Below, in pieces: positions 26,201 through 37,361 of a DNA stretch of 64,000 nucleotides; positions within the stretch are counted from its first letter, which is position 1; the number at the start of each line of letters is the position of its first letter. The stretch is from contig NC_087245.1 of assembly GCF_037042905.1 (NCBI RefSeq), forward strand, positions 39,742,001 through 39,806,000. Reading direction: 5' to 3'. Under the pieces are notes generated by a model. That model saw nothing but the letters and a program-made list of their open reading frames with translations. It made no database searches and was not told the origin of the DNA. The translations under genes and the position numbers were made by a program. Origin of the DNA: Lytechinus pictus. Its lineage: Eukaryota.

Positions 26201-27795
26201 NNNNNNNNNNNNNNNNNNNNNNNNNNNNNNNNNNNNNNNNNNNNNNNNNNNNNNNNNNNNNNNNNNNNNNNNNNNNNNNNNNNNNNNNNNNNNNNNNNNN
26301 NNNNNNNNNNNNNNNNNNNNNNNNNNNNNNNNNNNNNNNNNNNNNNNNNNNNNNNNNNNNNNNNNNNNNNNNNNNNNNNNNNNNNNNNNNNNNNNNNNNN
26401 NNNNNNNNNNNNNNNNNNNNNNNNNNNNNNNNNNNNNNNNNNNNNNNNNNNNNAAGCCCACATATCCACCAGGCATGACGCACATGGCGCTATGTAAAAT
26501 CATAAAAATTAATGACATAAATACAAATTGTCTTACATTTTATTATTAATGGCAAAAAGAAGCTGCTGAAAACTGCTTATCTAATAAAAGAGAGCCAATG
26601 GAGTAAATTAGAAAGTCAAAAGGGGCCTAAGCTTTCGAACCTATTTTGCCTCCGACAAAGATTCTGCTAGGATCTAAAGCTTAGGCCCCTTTTGACTTTC
26701 TATTTTATTATTAAGTACAAACTGACAAACTTAATGTTACGGAGCAAAAAAAACTGGAGGAAACTTTAGACAGATATGACTGTTTGATTTACAAAAACAT
26801 TACTAAGAATGTTTGCTTAATATTATATAAACATCTATATAAGATCTAAGCCAAAAATGAAAAAATACAACATATTGATAATGATGATTCAGTTAATACA
26901 AGTGGATAATTAAATTATAAGGTGAATAGATGTGTTTTAAGTAATTGATATAATTGAAAGTATAGATCTGCAAATTTAAACTTAAAGATAGGGCTAGGAT
27001 TGCAGGAATGGGAAATGAATCAAGGTTGAGCTGGGTGTGACACAACACTACAACAAACATGCAAGCTTATAATATAACGACCGAGCGAGAAAAAAAATCT
27101 TGCTGATTTTACCATAAAACCTACACATAAGTTATTGGAGAATGTGAAAAACTAAATTTCTGTTTCATCAGTGAAATTTAGCATAAGTACTTGAAGCACA
27201 ATTCAGATTGCCCTCTCTATTGCTCTTCTATCTGATGTAGGTTTGATCCACATCGTGTTTTGGCTCGACTTCCACTAAGATTCCTAAGACTAAATTCATG
27301 CTATGTTCGGCACTGTGCTAATTTGGAATGAGTCCAATGCCAATTAGACACCAACAGGTTATCACCGAGCTTGAAAATGTCCATTTTGTCATTCAGTGAA
27401 TACGAAATGACAGAGGTTTCTTTACAGAGGTAGGCCTACTCTAAGCAGTTAGCTGAAGATCACCTTCAACTTTATGTTATTAATAACTGATGATGACTGC
27501 TTCATTTAATGATGGACCGGTTTATATTTCTATCTTTTTTGTCTAGCTTGACAAATTCCGCACCGTATATGGCGACCAGAAGAACGTTAATGGCACTGAC
27601 CTACCTATCGTCGACAACTACCGCCTCACTCACCCTCTGTTTGACCGCACAATCTATTACAGCAGACCGAGCGCTCCAGCCGGCGGCGACACGACACCCA
27701 GTCCAGGAGATGGAGGTGGTGCAGTTACCATCTCACCGATGAGGGCGCTGCTCTTGATAGCTCTTGCCCTTCATATGCTCTTCAGTCGCTTTTAG
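23253..27795 (+). CDS. alpha-carbonic anhydrase, extracellular/probably GPI-anchored (CA4/CA14-like); 5'-partial
   Basis: join(23253-23444, 24449-24606, 25339-25440, 25818-26060, 27547-27795), all GT-AG with compatible phases. Motifs: WSY..W..C.G..QSPIDI, NNGH (His64), QFHFHWG (His94/96), GSEH, ELHMVH (His119), YRYNGSLTIPNCYESVIW, DNYR. Ends in a Pro/Gly spacer and hydrophobic tail RALLLIALALHMLFSRF*. Confidence 0.93.
24742..24900. mobile_element. Harbinger-like MITE in a CA intron (other copies 28922-29068 inverted; fragment ~32836-32875)
   Basis: TIRs GGGGAGTGTTTCAT / ATGAAACGCTCCCC; inserted in a GGGTGTGGCCA-type degenerate minisatellite. Confidence 0.8.
26188..26453. other. assembly gap (N run) in a CA intron
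   Basis: Run of N. Confidence 1.
26609..26702. repeat. perfect 27-bp inverted repeat, possibly a Penelope-like terminal remnant
   Basis: TAGAAAGTCAAAAGGGGCCTAAGCTTT (26609-26635) and its exact reverse complement (26676-26702). The Penelope origin is inferred. Confidence 0.6.
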
Positions 27796-28921
27796 TTTAT
27801 AACGATTTAAGGAAGGGAGGAGTTTTGACTTCTAAGCTAATCAGATACCAAAGTAATTTCTAGGTTATTTTGTTGTTGTTAATGTGCAGGGAAGTTAATT
27901 GTTAAGATTGAAATAAGCAGTGATAAAATTCAATACTTCTATAAAGGCCTCTAAACCTAGAGACTGAGAGGGTCACTTAATCCTGTTCATCAATTTATAT
28001 GTGATTATGTTCATTTTGTATGTACATTATAACATTTAATTGATATCACACTCGTTTAAGAATGGTACCAGAAAGGAACATGGCCCCTGAATATGTGTAT
28101 TTTACATTTGACCTCAAAATAGATAGGTCTATAGGGTCATTTCCTTTTGAGAAGAGTGTGAACTTGAATTGATTGAATTATTCTCCCTATATAATAAGAT
28201 GTCATCAGGCATCTGAACTAAATTATACATAATTTGGTGTAGAAGTCTTGCAGTACTGTTAATAAACGCTGTTTTCTGTGTATGAAATATAGCTGACATA
28301 TTTTATATAGAAGACGTTTGTTCAAGCGACCTCTGATGTAAATAAAAGAATAATCGTAAGATTTCAAGAAAGAAAAATAACATAGAAATAATCAATTAAT
28401 GTGTTTTTAACATAGAAAACTCGTACTATAGTTACTCTCAGAACATTTACCTACATTTGGGCCTTCATTGTATCCTTGTAATGTAGCCTGAAAAAAAAAT
28501 ATGTAGGTGTAAACGCTTTACTCGAGTGACTATCGTGCACACCTCTATATAGTGTATTTATTCTTCTTCATCTCATTCATTTATTTTATTGCGTCAAGAG
28601 TTTTTTTTAATCATTCATTTTTTTCCTTCTGGGAATCTATATGCTAAGCTTTTTAATAGGTTCCTCATGTTTCACGTCATTCAATTACTTTGTAAAACAG
28701 TGAATGTAATAATTGTGATAATACTCTCACTTGCTCCAGATTTTGGGGGATTGTAAAGCAATCGATGAAATGAAATCAAACTCTGTATATATGACAAGGC
28801 ATGATGAAGTGTTTTCAGTATTTGCAGTTGCCATTTATAACAAGTAATATTTTATACGCTAGAGTGGACCAACTACAGACTTGGTCTGTTGTAATTTGTA
28901 GAGATAGAAATATTGATATCG

Positions 28922-29068
28922 GGGGAGTGTTTCATGATAGGACTTGCCGGAAAATTCCTGTTTTATCCGATAGTTACTATGGTAACAGTGCCTCTCGGCC
29001 AATCATAACCAAGGAAAGTTGTCAGACCTGACAACTTGTCGGACGAAAATGTTAATGAAGCGCTCCCC
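28922..29068. mobile_element. Harbinger-like MITE (same family as 24742-24900)
   Basis: GGGGAGTGTTTCATGA ... AATGAAGCGCTCCCC; the interior is the reverse complement of the 24742 copy. Confidence 0.8.
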
Positions 29069-30896
29069 AGTACTTCGAAAGTGATATATTATTTGATTTT
29101 ACTTTTTCTTTGTAAATGAATTGAATGGGGGAAAAAATCACAAAAATCATAATAAATCCGAGAGTTATAGCTACGTTATTTACTATATAACACCGCGTTA
29201 TTTACCAATTCACAAAATAATGACAGTGCCTTCAAGTACATTTAGCTTTTTAAATAGCGCCAACTAAGTTTGAATTGGGAAAGAAGGTGCCGATAATATT
29301 GGGCCTTTGGCATGTTTGGTGCAAGGGGTGCAACGCTTTCTTTTACGACATTTAATTCCGAAAATGACAGAAAATGCGTCATTTCAAGGTCATACGAGTA
29401 AGAGTGATGCATTTCGTGGTTTGTTCCACGCGCGCATTGATTTATTCCTGTGTGCGAAACATCACAGACTATTTTGATTGAACTAATATTTCGAAGCATA
29501 TCATGATTACATTTGTATGGATTTCTCATTAAGGCTTTCCACAAAGTTTGTCAGTCTGCTTCCTACTATCACTGATCTGTACACTATCATATTCATCCTA
29601 ATATTCAATCAGTGCCTACTATTTAAAATTCTGATGGTATTCATAAAGATGAAAATCAGTTCGAGATTGATTATACTGCTTGTACTTCCTTGCAAATGTT
29701 GATTCAACTCAGTACTATACTGTAGATCCTCCAAACAATAAATACAGGGCCGAATTCTAATTATCTCTTTTGCTTACATGACAGCATTACCATGTATATA
29801 TCTTTTTTCATGTATTTAAGTTAAGATTACTTAGATTGTATTTACAAATCTCAAACAAAGTACTGAATTCTCTTTGCACAGGTTTCTTAAAATTTGGGTT
29901 TGAAAAGTGCGATGTTTCAAGATTCATTTCGACACGCTTCTCGATATGCATACTATTATCAAAGCTAGATGATGTATGAACAAGTACGAACACCGAGTGA
30001 TTAGTTTCCTTTAAAACTTAATTTTGTGCTTTTCTTGAAATGTACTCGTGTTGAGAAAATATGCAAAACGTTTCTATTACTTAATGTTCTGAGAATCTCT
30101 GTGTCTGTGTAGAATATGTGCGGACACAACATTACTGAATCCGATGACGTCGAGAAGACATTGGAGATGTATGAAGAACTATCATAACCCAGAATATATA
30201 TATATTTCAGCGTCATTGTTTGTATAGGTTGCTTTAGATCTGCGACGCTGCACCCTCGACGTGGTTATTTCTCAAGAATAGAATCATGCGCATGCGTATC
30301 AGCTACTCCTTGTCCCGCGCATGTAAATCTTTGACCAATAATCACGTTCGTCATGGAAGTTGCATCGTAAATCTAAAGCTCCTGCATTGTTGATGTGGAC
30401 TATAAGCGGATGTGAGAAGTATTCATTTTAGAATTCAGTTACTCTTTATATTATATTGTGAGATTGTACATTGAATGTTTGTTATCATTCAGAACAAATA
30501 TATATATATAGTTCTCAAAGGAGACTTTACCTCTCAACACCAAACTATATGTTATGTTTTCAAAACATTCTTATCAAGATATTCACAACTTTGAAGTAAT
30601 AAAGTTTTCTAAACATTCATTATCAAGATAATCACATCTTGAAGTAATAAAGCGATTTAATAAATGTGATGCTTGGAGTTTTGTGTCATAATTGATAGTT
30701 ACTGGAAATTGGTCGAAAGCTTGTTAATTACTTAACACAGAAATGCAAGCTTCTAACACATCATGACGTCACGGGCTCGAGGCCCGTAGCACGTCTAAGA
30801 TGCCTACCTTCGAAACCAGACAATTGGAGCTCGTCTGAAGCAAAATACTCAGCAAGAAAGCGATGAAACCGCGAAAAGCTTGCATATCTGTGTTAA

Positions 30897-31570
30897 CCCC
30901 AAAAAGGACTGGGCTATTTGAGATGCATTGAGGATTAGGGGGCCATGATGCCCCCCCCCCCTTCTGATCTCGGCCGCCGTTCGCGCGATCGCGCCGAAAT
31001 TTGGCACGCACATTTTTTACCACGTAAACTACAAGCCGGTATATAAAAAATCTTTTTAAAAATATTTATTATGAATAAAATATGCAAATTTATTCGTGAA
31101 AAAAACATTATTGGAAATTTCACACCCAATTTCTCTTCAATTTTTTTTTCCGATGTCATTTTTTGTATTTTTTGTTTTTAGAATGTTTTATGTAATTCTG
31201 TGTTTTTTCATCTTCGTTTTTCATTGCTTTTTCAATGAAAATTATTATAGACCATTTACCAACTAAATTAAACCCTAAATTAATTAAGCAGACCGATTAG
31301 AATGAAAAATAATCTCCCGTTTATGAATTTCATCTCCCATAGACTTTGTACACAAAGTGTAAAAATGAGCCTTTTTATTTTCGGCATGATCTTGTCTCGT
31401 AAAAAGTCACGTTGCGTTACGATGCTATACCCGTATGTCGCGAATTTGGTCTCAAAAGTTGCGCGAGACTTTAATAAAATGCATAAAATTTTGCGGTGCT
31501 ATCTTTTTGCGTTTCGGAAATATCGCGCGAAGCGTTGAGGGGGTCATCATGGCCCCCAGTCCTTTTAAGG
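30897..31570. mobile_element. piggyBac-like MITE
   Basis: TTAA|CCCCAAAAAGGACTGGG ... CCCAGTCCTTTTAAGG|TTAA. Confidence 0.8.
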
Positions 31571-32525
31571 TTAAGTAGTATATATAAGCTTTCGATTGGT
31601 ATATGATTTGTCAATTTCACTTTTGGGTCTGGTCTGGGTCTTTAAATTTTAGAAATTCCAAATAAATGCACGTCTGTTAATAAAACGAAAGGGGTTTCAT
31701 GTAGAGGCGGATTGTGGAGAGAAAGCGTGGAGATAAATCCTGATTTTTCCATATTTTATTCGAAATAGACATGAAAAATACTCTGAAAAGTACTCTAAAG
31801 ATAAAGTGAAAGGAGAGCAGACTGTCAAACGGAAGGGATATCAAGATAAATATGACCTCCCCCCCCCCCTCACCGAACTTTTGAAACATATTTGTTTTGC
31901 TGAACATTTCCCCCAAAATACCACAAAATTCTTCAATTACGCTTTGAAATATGCAAAATTAAAGCAAGCTCGGTCATTTCGCTCCATTGCTTTCGAGTGT
32001 CTTTTTTTTAATGATGCCTTGCCCCCTCCCCCAGCAGGAAAAAAATAAATGATTGGCTATCGTAGAGGATCGAAATCACTTATTCTCATGTTTTTAACAG
32101 TTTATTACACATATTTCTTTATGATTTTGATCTTAGAAACTCATAACACACGTTATGTAGGGAATCCTAGTGAGAGGAATGTTCTAAGGAATGATTCAAG
32201 AAATGTGCATATTTTGACATTTTCTCTGCGTAATAATTGATGTCTTTCTGCAATGTTGTGAATAAGAGCAATATATGCATGTTAGATATGAAAAAAGAGA
32301 TATATTAATGAGAATATTATATGCTCTGTATACGTGGCGGTATTCCTATTTTTGTTTGCTTGTATAGAAGCTGGTGATGTATCACTAAACTATATACGAG
32401 TGTGTGGAGGTGTGTGAGAGGGTGGGAGTGGGTTTAAGTGGGTGTTTCTCTTTCACCCTCTCCTCCTCCCCCCCCCCCCTCTTCTTTACTTCCCCACCCT
32501 CGCCCAACTCATTCTTTTCGGTTAA

Positions 32526-32709
32526 CCCTTTGCACGCTGATGTTCTTCCCTAACTGCAAATTAGATAACCTAATAAAAGACAGAAGTTCTTAGATAACAT
32601 CTATGGAATGATAAGTATCAATGGTGCAATATGGAAATCTTAAACTAAAGAAAATAACATGGAAACAATTGTCATTATTATCCCCAAAATTAATTCAGCG
32701 TTCAAAGAG
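32526..32709. mobile_element. piggyBac-like MITE
   Basis: TTAA|CCCTTTGCACGCTGA ... TCAGCGTTCAAAGAG|TTAA. Confidence 0.7.
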
Positions 32710-33521
32710 TTAATACTTCGAGTGTTATTATTAGTCTCCTCAGCAGATCTTCTTTTTTGTCAGATACAGATATCTTGAAAGTGTTCATATGAATTTGATT
32801 CTTTTCTTTTCTTTCATCCATAAAAACACAAGTCCGGACTTGTCGGATAAAACGTCTGATATGACACGCTCCCCGGGATATTTTGATAATAACTTTGTGA
32901 TTGTAAACAATGCCTTGATCTAAAGTCTATCTAAAAACAGTAGATAAGGCCGAAATTTGACTTGATGGTCGAACTTTTATATAATTGAGAACTTTCATAG
33001 ATATAAAAGGGGAAAGGGCCAGTGTATTTCGATAGAAAAGCCAACAAATGTAGAGGGCGTCAACACTTTCCAAAATATGTTGATTACCCCCATGGAAGAA
33101 CAGTGGTATTTTATTTATACCGCTGAAATGGGCCATCCTCCATATGATATGTACGTTATGTTAAATTGAGCATGTATATATTTTATATGGAAATAAATAC
33201 AAACAAACCTTTACTAAAGGTAACGCCATGTTCTCAATTGAATATTGTGTTTTTTTCCATGGAGGTAAAAAGAATGGAGAGACAACGATATGCAAATAGC
33301 TTCCAATTTCTAAAGAGAAGTACAAACAGAATACAGAGGTGCACTGTGTAGCCTTTGGTGGCGACCTATGATGGCGCCAGTTTCATGCGCCATCTATGCT
33401 TTTGAGTGAATATCTCATTTCCGCAGACCCTTTTTTTCTATTGAAATTATGTACCATAATTTGTCTACAAAATGTACCGTATTATGTAATTACTTATATT
33501 AATTATCATTAAGTCATTTTC

Positions 33522-33671
33522 TCCAAGTCAAAGTCAAGTCCCAAGTCATTTGTTGAACGTCCAAGTCAAGTCCCAAATCGTTTTGGCATTAGCAACTTAA
33601 GTCGCAAATCAGCAAAATGGCGACTTGAGTCGTTAGTCAAGTCCAAGTCACACGACTCCAGTCGACAACTC
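33522..33671. mobile_element. DNA transposon end fragment with CAAGTC subterminal repeats (hAT-like)
   Basis: Dense CAAGTC/GACTTG repeats ending GTCGACAACTCT. Confidence 0.45.
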
Positions 33672-33731
33672 TTCAATCAACTGTCGCTACAGTTGCGCTT
33701 TGCAAGTCATATTATTAACAAGTCATATTAT

Positions 33732-33985
33732 TAGGATAAGTCTAAAAAGTCTAGGTCTAAAAAGTCTAGGTTCAAAGACTATTAATGAAAGGGGCGTGAC
33801 AGGGGTGTTTATATAAGCACACATCCAGTGGCGTAGTTAGATAGCATTTGGAGTGGGCTTGGATTAGGATTCGGTGCATTTTTTAACTTTTGCATTTTAA
33901 CTTTTTAGACTTGCGCTTTGCAAGTCATATTATTAGCACTATCATTATTATTATTATTATTATCATCATCATCATCATCATTCAT

Positions 33986-34016
<31 letters not shown>

Positions 34017-34941
34017 GTTAAACTACCCAGAACTCCTTTTGATACTCCTTTTTTTCTTTTCAAACATTTTTACCTGCTACCCTGCTACCTGCTGCTACCC
34101 TGTTTGGCGTTCAACGATCAAAGGGATAGAGCCTCGTCGATCTGGCGCTGCACAGCGGCTGCCGGGCCCACGATCAATTGGGCAAAGCAAATTTTCGGAG
34201 TATTTCATTTCATGTCTATTTCGAACAATAAATTATGGATTTTCATTTTTCATTTCATTTTCATTTATAGGGCATCCCAGGTAGCGCCGTCAACACAGAA
34301 TAAATATCTTGAAAAGTGAATACCAGGAGACAGCTAATATGCATGTATGAAGAGCGGAGAACGCACGAAACGCAAATAAGATCGTTCTACATACCCTGGC
34401 ATCAGTGTGATCTTTGAAAGTCAACACAACAAAGTCAATTCAACAATTTGACACTCTAAATACATGAAACAGAAGAAGTACAAATGTCATAATCTAGGCA
34501 AGACATGGCTTGGAATGATACAAACCGTTAACATGCTAATATTAGTCATGATCGCTGCGTATAATGCCGCGGGGTTGGGGGCATTCGAAGATTTTCACGA
34601 AAGTTGCATTTTACGTTTAATCAATTTATTTATTTAACATCATACATTCAATCAAATGTTCTTTACTGTACGCCCGATCTAAATTTGTTTCACCCAGAAT
34701 ATATTGCAAAGTTAATCATTGATGTTTTTTTTATTCTTTTTACTTTTCTTCTTCTTCTTGGAATTTTTTACGCACTCGCTTCGCTCTCTCGAAAACTGCG
34801 CGAAAAAATGCACCGAATCCTAATAACAAGCCCACTCCAAATGATATCTAACTACGCAACTGGATGTGTGCTTATATAAACACCCCTGCCACGCCCCTTT
34901 CATTAATTGTCTTTAAACCTAGACTTTTTAGACTTATCCTA
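33732..34941. repeat. long inverted repeat pair (~140-150-bp arms: 33732-33884 and 34803-34941)
   Basis: TAGGATAAGTCTAAAAAGTCTAGG...GGATTCGGTGCATTTTTT versus its reverse complement, with a ~920-bp spacer. Confidence 0.85.
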
Positions 34942-37361
34942 TTATTTTTTACATATTTTTATACTTCTTTTTTTTTGTCGGGTAAATTCTTTTTTATATC
35001 GGGACACTGCTACAACCCGACAGGTAAATCAAATATAATGTGCAATCTGTATACCAGGCAACGTTATTTTAGATGTGCAATTTTTAAGCTTTAGTGGATT
35101 GTAATCGACTATCACAAAATGTGATATAATATTTTTTTAATGCAATAACACATAAAAGCTACTGAAATCCTTCAATCTGATTGGCTGATAGTATTTTTTA
35201 AATAGAAATTGTGCATTTGCTATTAAAACAAGTATTTGTGAAACGGGACCCTGGTGGTCAGTGACACGTGACCACCCATTATTATTACAGCTGAATTGCT
35301 AAGGTACATTTTCACTTCAAGCTGATTTTAATAAAGCAAGAGATTAATGAGATAGAAAAAAATAATCATACAGAGTTACCCATACGTTATTTTTTTGACG
35401 TCACATGAAAGCAAATATCCACCTCCCTCCGAATAAAAAAATTTAATATTTCATGTAACACAAAAAGGGTGCCATGTTTAAGACAATTATTTAACTTGTG
35501 CATTCATTGTATAATGAGACGCAATATTTAATTATCGTCAATTGGACTTTACCCTACCCAGTCAGTTCATGTATATATGCACTAAATGAAAAGCTTCACA
35601 TGACACATAATAAATCCAACAGATGAAGGAAATGTATCATGATCATACGCTCCGTCTGCATTGTCAAAACAGTCATTAAACAGTTAAATACATTACCATT
35701 AACAAGTATGTTTTGTGTCAACAAATTCATATTTTCCATTATTGAATAAGTTTATATTTAAACATGGAATTCTCTCATTATTTTGAGAGGTTGAGCTGGA
35801 ATAAAGTAATTTTGAAACACCATCCTTCTCCTCTTCTATTCATGTTGCTTCTGCACGCTGCACCTTCCCCCCCCCCCCCCGCCCGCCCCGCCTTGCCTCC
35901 TCCCCCCTCTCTCTTCCCTCATTCTCGTTCTCATGCCATTCTTCTTTTTTATCTGGTCACTCATCCGTCCATGGGCGCCAATTTCAGAAGGATGGGGAAC
36001 GTACGCCCACTATCCCATATCCCCGGGAATTTTGAACTTTGTACAGCTTCCGACGGGGGAAGGGTGACGAAAATCGCGGCAGAGCCTGCATGCAAACATC
36101 AATATTCATTCATCTATCTATATATCTATCAATATATTAATCTGGCTATCTATATATCCGTTTTTACCAACTCCCCTTCATCCATTTCGAAATATATCTT
36201 AAAACGTTATCGTTCCATACAATTGCCTTGTTTGACAAACCTATTTGTCAAACTTTGTACACACATAACCGTAAAATAACAAACTCATAAGACTGCCCGA
36301 ACAAAGGTCATTCACATGAACTATACTACTCTATATTGCAAAGATGCTATATACTTTGTTTCACCTGGGTTAAGTGTCGAGTGACTATAGGCTTGCCGGT
36401 TTATTCAGGAAATTATGAAGGATTAACGAGCTTCATTAATTACATGTCACGTGGAGGTAAGCCTTGGTTGTTAAACTTTTTTTCATATTTCATTCATAGC
36501 TTACCTACTCGAGGCCACCGTCGTCATGGAGCTAATTACATATGATGATGGTTTCATCGAGTTCGTTAATAAAATCATTAATGTGATAAATTCTTATTTA
36601 TATTGGTTTATGCAAGGGGTTAGCTTGTTGTTCATTTGATTTTAATTATCACTGCTCCCGAATATATTTACCATCTTCGATAGTCGAGCGTAATTAAATT
36701 CAGAATTAATCTAGCTCAAACTTAATGACACAAAACCCGATGATATAATATAGCACAATTCTTCATTTGTGCAGAACTTTCCTCATGGTATGGCTGCAAA
36801 ATTGATATTACAATTTGATTATACGCCGTTTATAGTTTTATGAATAAGCGATCACCAGCACAGATAAGTACATGTGGGATAGTATATTATTATTATTGCT
36901 TGGAAAAGACCCGACATCGTGCTGAAATTTCATGCTTGGTTTGCTCATGTCTAAGCAATCACAGAATCCTTCATGGCACATCATTTGTCCTTCATACATA
37001 CATACACTTGTGTGGTCACTTTATTGGATTCTGTACGAACCCATTTTTTAAATCTTAACAACTGGGGTTATTTAATACTTTTGTCAAACGCAATGCCAAG
37101 GAAGAACCACTATCAGATTGTAGGCCATCCGATGTAAACATACCAAAATTATTATCAACAATCATTGCTGGACTTGATCAACAGGGGCAAATATTCCCTC
37201 AAAATTGGGCATCGTGTTTTACAACTATTTGAATCAGAAGCAAACATAACTCTTCTGAAGTTCTATTTCTATGTCACTATTTCACCCAGATTATAGCAAC
37301 GGTACAGTAGCATTCTTTATCATTTGGGTGTATCCAAAAGACGACTCGTCACCCGTCGATC

